Virus record (IMG/VR): IMGVR_UViG_3300031857_000007
DNA: 64,000 nt
Reading direction: 5' to 3' (one strand)
Origin: a virus
Lineage: Duplodnaviria > Caudoviricetes
A model generated the notes under the pieces. It was not told where the DNA came from. It was given only the letters and a program-made list of their open reading frames with translations, and did no database searches. Each line of letters opens with the position of its first letter. The stretch's first letter is position 1. Positions 62,401 to 64,000 of the stretch are shown here, one piece after another. The position numbers and the translations under genes were made by a program.

Positions 62401-63881
62401 ACATTTTCTCCTACCGATTTCCAATGATCAATGTGAAAACTCTCTATCCATTTTATGTGGTCTATGGTGAGATATTCTTCATCTTCCAAAGCAAAAGGTT
62501 CTATTTCTAATTTAGTTTTCCAATTTATGTCTTTTGCTGCCATAGTAAAGGTAAACATATTAATATCTTCTTCTTTATTTGGATATTTTTCATCCAAACA
62601 ATCAATATTTTCCATTATTTCATCATAATAATCATATTGAACATTTTTTTGGTCTATCCAAAAATCAGTGTCTTCTCTATAACAAGTTTTATATTGACAG
62701 AGTATAAATGATGTCCACCATTTCATAGAATCAACATACTCAGCATTAAGAGATTCAACTTCTCTCAAATAGTTTTCATTTTCTCCAAATACAGTACAGT
62801 CATAATATTTTGATAGTAACTGGGGGAGTTTTACTGAAAAATCATATGTAAAAGCTAACCCAGGAGCGTCTAGTGGTTCTAAAAATCCACCAGACAATCC
62901 TATGCTACATGTATTAAATTTAAAAGGTTTTTTATTATATCTTGGATTAAAATCAACTGTTCTTGGAGCAGCTCCATCTTCATACAAATCATCAATTAAT
63001 TCATCAATAGCATTAGAAATGCTTGTATGATTTGAACTAAACACATATCCAGTTCCAACTCTAGACCAAACTGGAGTTATCCATCTCCATCCATAATCCA
63101 TAGTCTTTGATATTGTATATGGATGAAGTTTATTTTTTTTATCTTCATAAGTTTCATATTCTATCGGACAAAATACTGCTTTATTTGTAAGAAGAATGTT
63201 CGATAGATCTTGATACTTTTCATCGAAGACTTTAGTATTTACATCAGATGTACCACTCGAATTTATAAAGTAATCTGCCTTTACATGATTGCCATTAGAG
63301 AGAATAACAGATTCTATTAATCCTTTTTCATTTCTAACACAGTCAACAACAGTATCTTTTATTAATTTTATTTTTGTATTCTTTAAAGCAAGATTTTTTA
63401 AATATTTAATATACTTTGATGCGTCAAAATGCCAAGAATGTGTTTCTTCTGGACTAAGAAGAACCTTATTATTTCTAATCAAATCAAAGAAATTTTTATT
63501 AATTAAATCATGATATGGTTTATTTTTTGACTTGTTACCAAAAGTTCTCATGTATTGATATACACTTTTGATCTTTAGATTGTCCAATTGTTTTGGTTTT
63601 TCATAAGCCTTAAATGAATGGATAAAATCATTTTCAGACCAATCCTTGTAATATACTCCATATTTAACTGTAGCGTCAGAAGTTTTTATAAACTCCCTCA
63701 TATCATGATCTTCTATATTTTTATGACACCTAATAACAGAAAGTGTTGTAGATTCTCCAACTCCTATAGGAGGTATGTTAGGAGAACCTATAAGTGTTAT
63801 TTCTCTAATAAAAGGAACTGATTTCAGAACATTGCAAGATATCCATCCAGCAGCTCCTGTTCCAACAATACACACATGCAT
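62397..63881 (-). CDS. tryptophan-halogenase-like flavin-dependent enzyme
   Basis: VGTGAAGW, IGVGEST, GWRWITP, GLSGGFLEPLDA. Confidence 0.85.
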   Translation of the reverse strand: MHVCIVGTGAAGWISCNVLKSVPFIREITLIGSPNIPPIGVGESTTLSVIRCHKNIEDHDMREFIKTSDATVKYGVYYKDWSENDFIHSFKAYEKPKQLDNLKIKSVYQYMRTFGNKSKNKPYHDLINKNFFDLIRNNKVLLSPEETHSWHFDASKYIKYLKNLALKNTKIKLIKDTVVDCVRNEKGLIESVILSNGNHVKADYFINSSGTSDVNTKVFDEKYQDLSNILLTNKAVFCPIEYETYEDKKNKLHPYTISKTMDYGWRWITPVWSRVGTGYVFSSNHTSISNAIDELIDDLYEDGAAPRTVDFNPRYNKKPFKFNTCSIGLSGGFLEPLDAPGLAFTYDFSVKLPQLLSKYYDCTVFGENENYLREVESLNAEYVDSMKWWTSFILCQYKTCYREDTDFWIDQKNVQYDYYDEIMENIDCLDEKYPNKEEDINMFTFTMAAKDINWKTKLEIEPFALEDEEYLTIDHIKWIESFHIDHWKSVGENV

Positions 63882-63883
63882 TT

Positions 63884-64000
63884 TTAGTCAGCTCTAAATC
63901 CAAATTTTTCAAATATAATTTTGAAAGGACAAACTCCAGTAATTGCTGCCAAAGACAAAACAATAGGTGGAATGTAAAGTACCCAACTAATAACTCCCCA
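63884..64000 (-). CDS. 3' end of a small membrane protein (DUF2892/YgaP-like), truncated by the window
   Basis: ...LSLAAITGVCPFKIIFEKFG. Confidence 0.45.
   Translation of the reverse strand, partial: WGVISWVLYIPPIVLSLAAITGVCPFKIIFEKFGFRAD

Noticed and set aside
1-64000. Stop-codon reassignment
   Set aside because: Core genes translate full-length in code 11 using TAA, TAG and TGA stops, and no suppressor tRNA is present

Overview
The window is a segment of a T4-like myovirus that almost certainly infects cyanobacteria, judging by CP12, phoH, thyX, speD and T4-like gp2/4/5/26/32/33/48/51/53/59 in cyanophage-like order. Nearly all genes are on the minus strand. 1-20.4 kb is an accessory region of small ORFs behind sigma70-like promoters that share a palindromic upstream motif. 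It also holds three tandem LamG-like genes, an SF2 helicase and 2OG-Fe(II) oxygenases. 20.5-24.2 kb is an apparently complete restriction-modification-like cassette (two m6A MTases, a putative two-domain PD-(D/E)xK nuclease, a HExxH protein). 24.3-30.4 kb alternates glycine-rich proteins, MAHFAELD paralogs and 2OG oxygenases. 30.4-38.7 kb holds two long tail-fibre-type genes. A Mom-like gene and three tRNAs (Thr-UGU, Leu-UAA, Ile-UAU) follow, then baseplate/tail genes (40.7-56.5 kb) and replication/metabolic genes. Near the end is a nitrogen-sensing module: NtcA-like box, promoter, tandem glutamine riboswitch and DUF4278-like peptide. All family assignments come from motif recognition and recall; no database searches were run.
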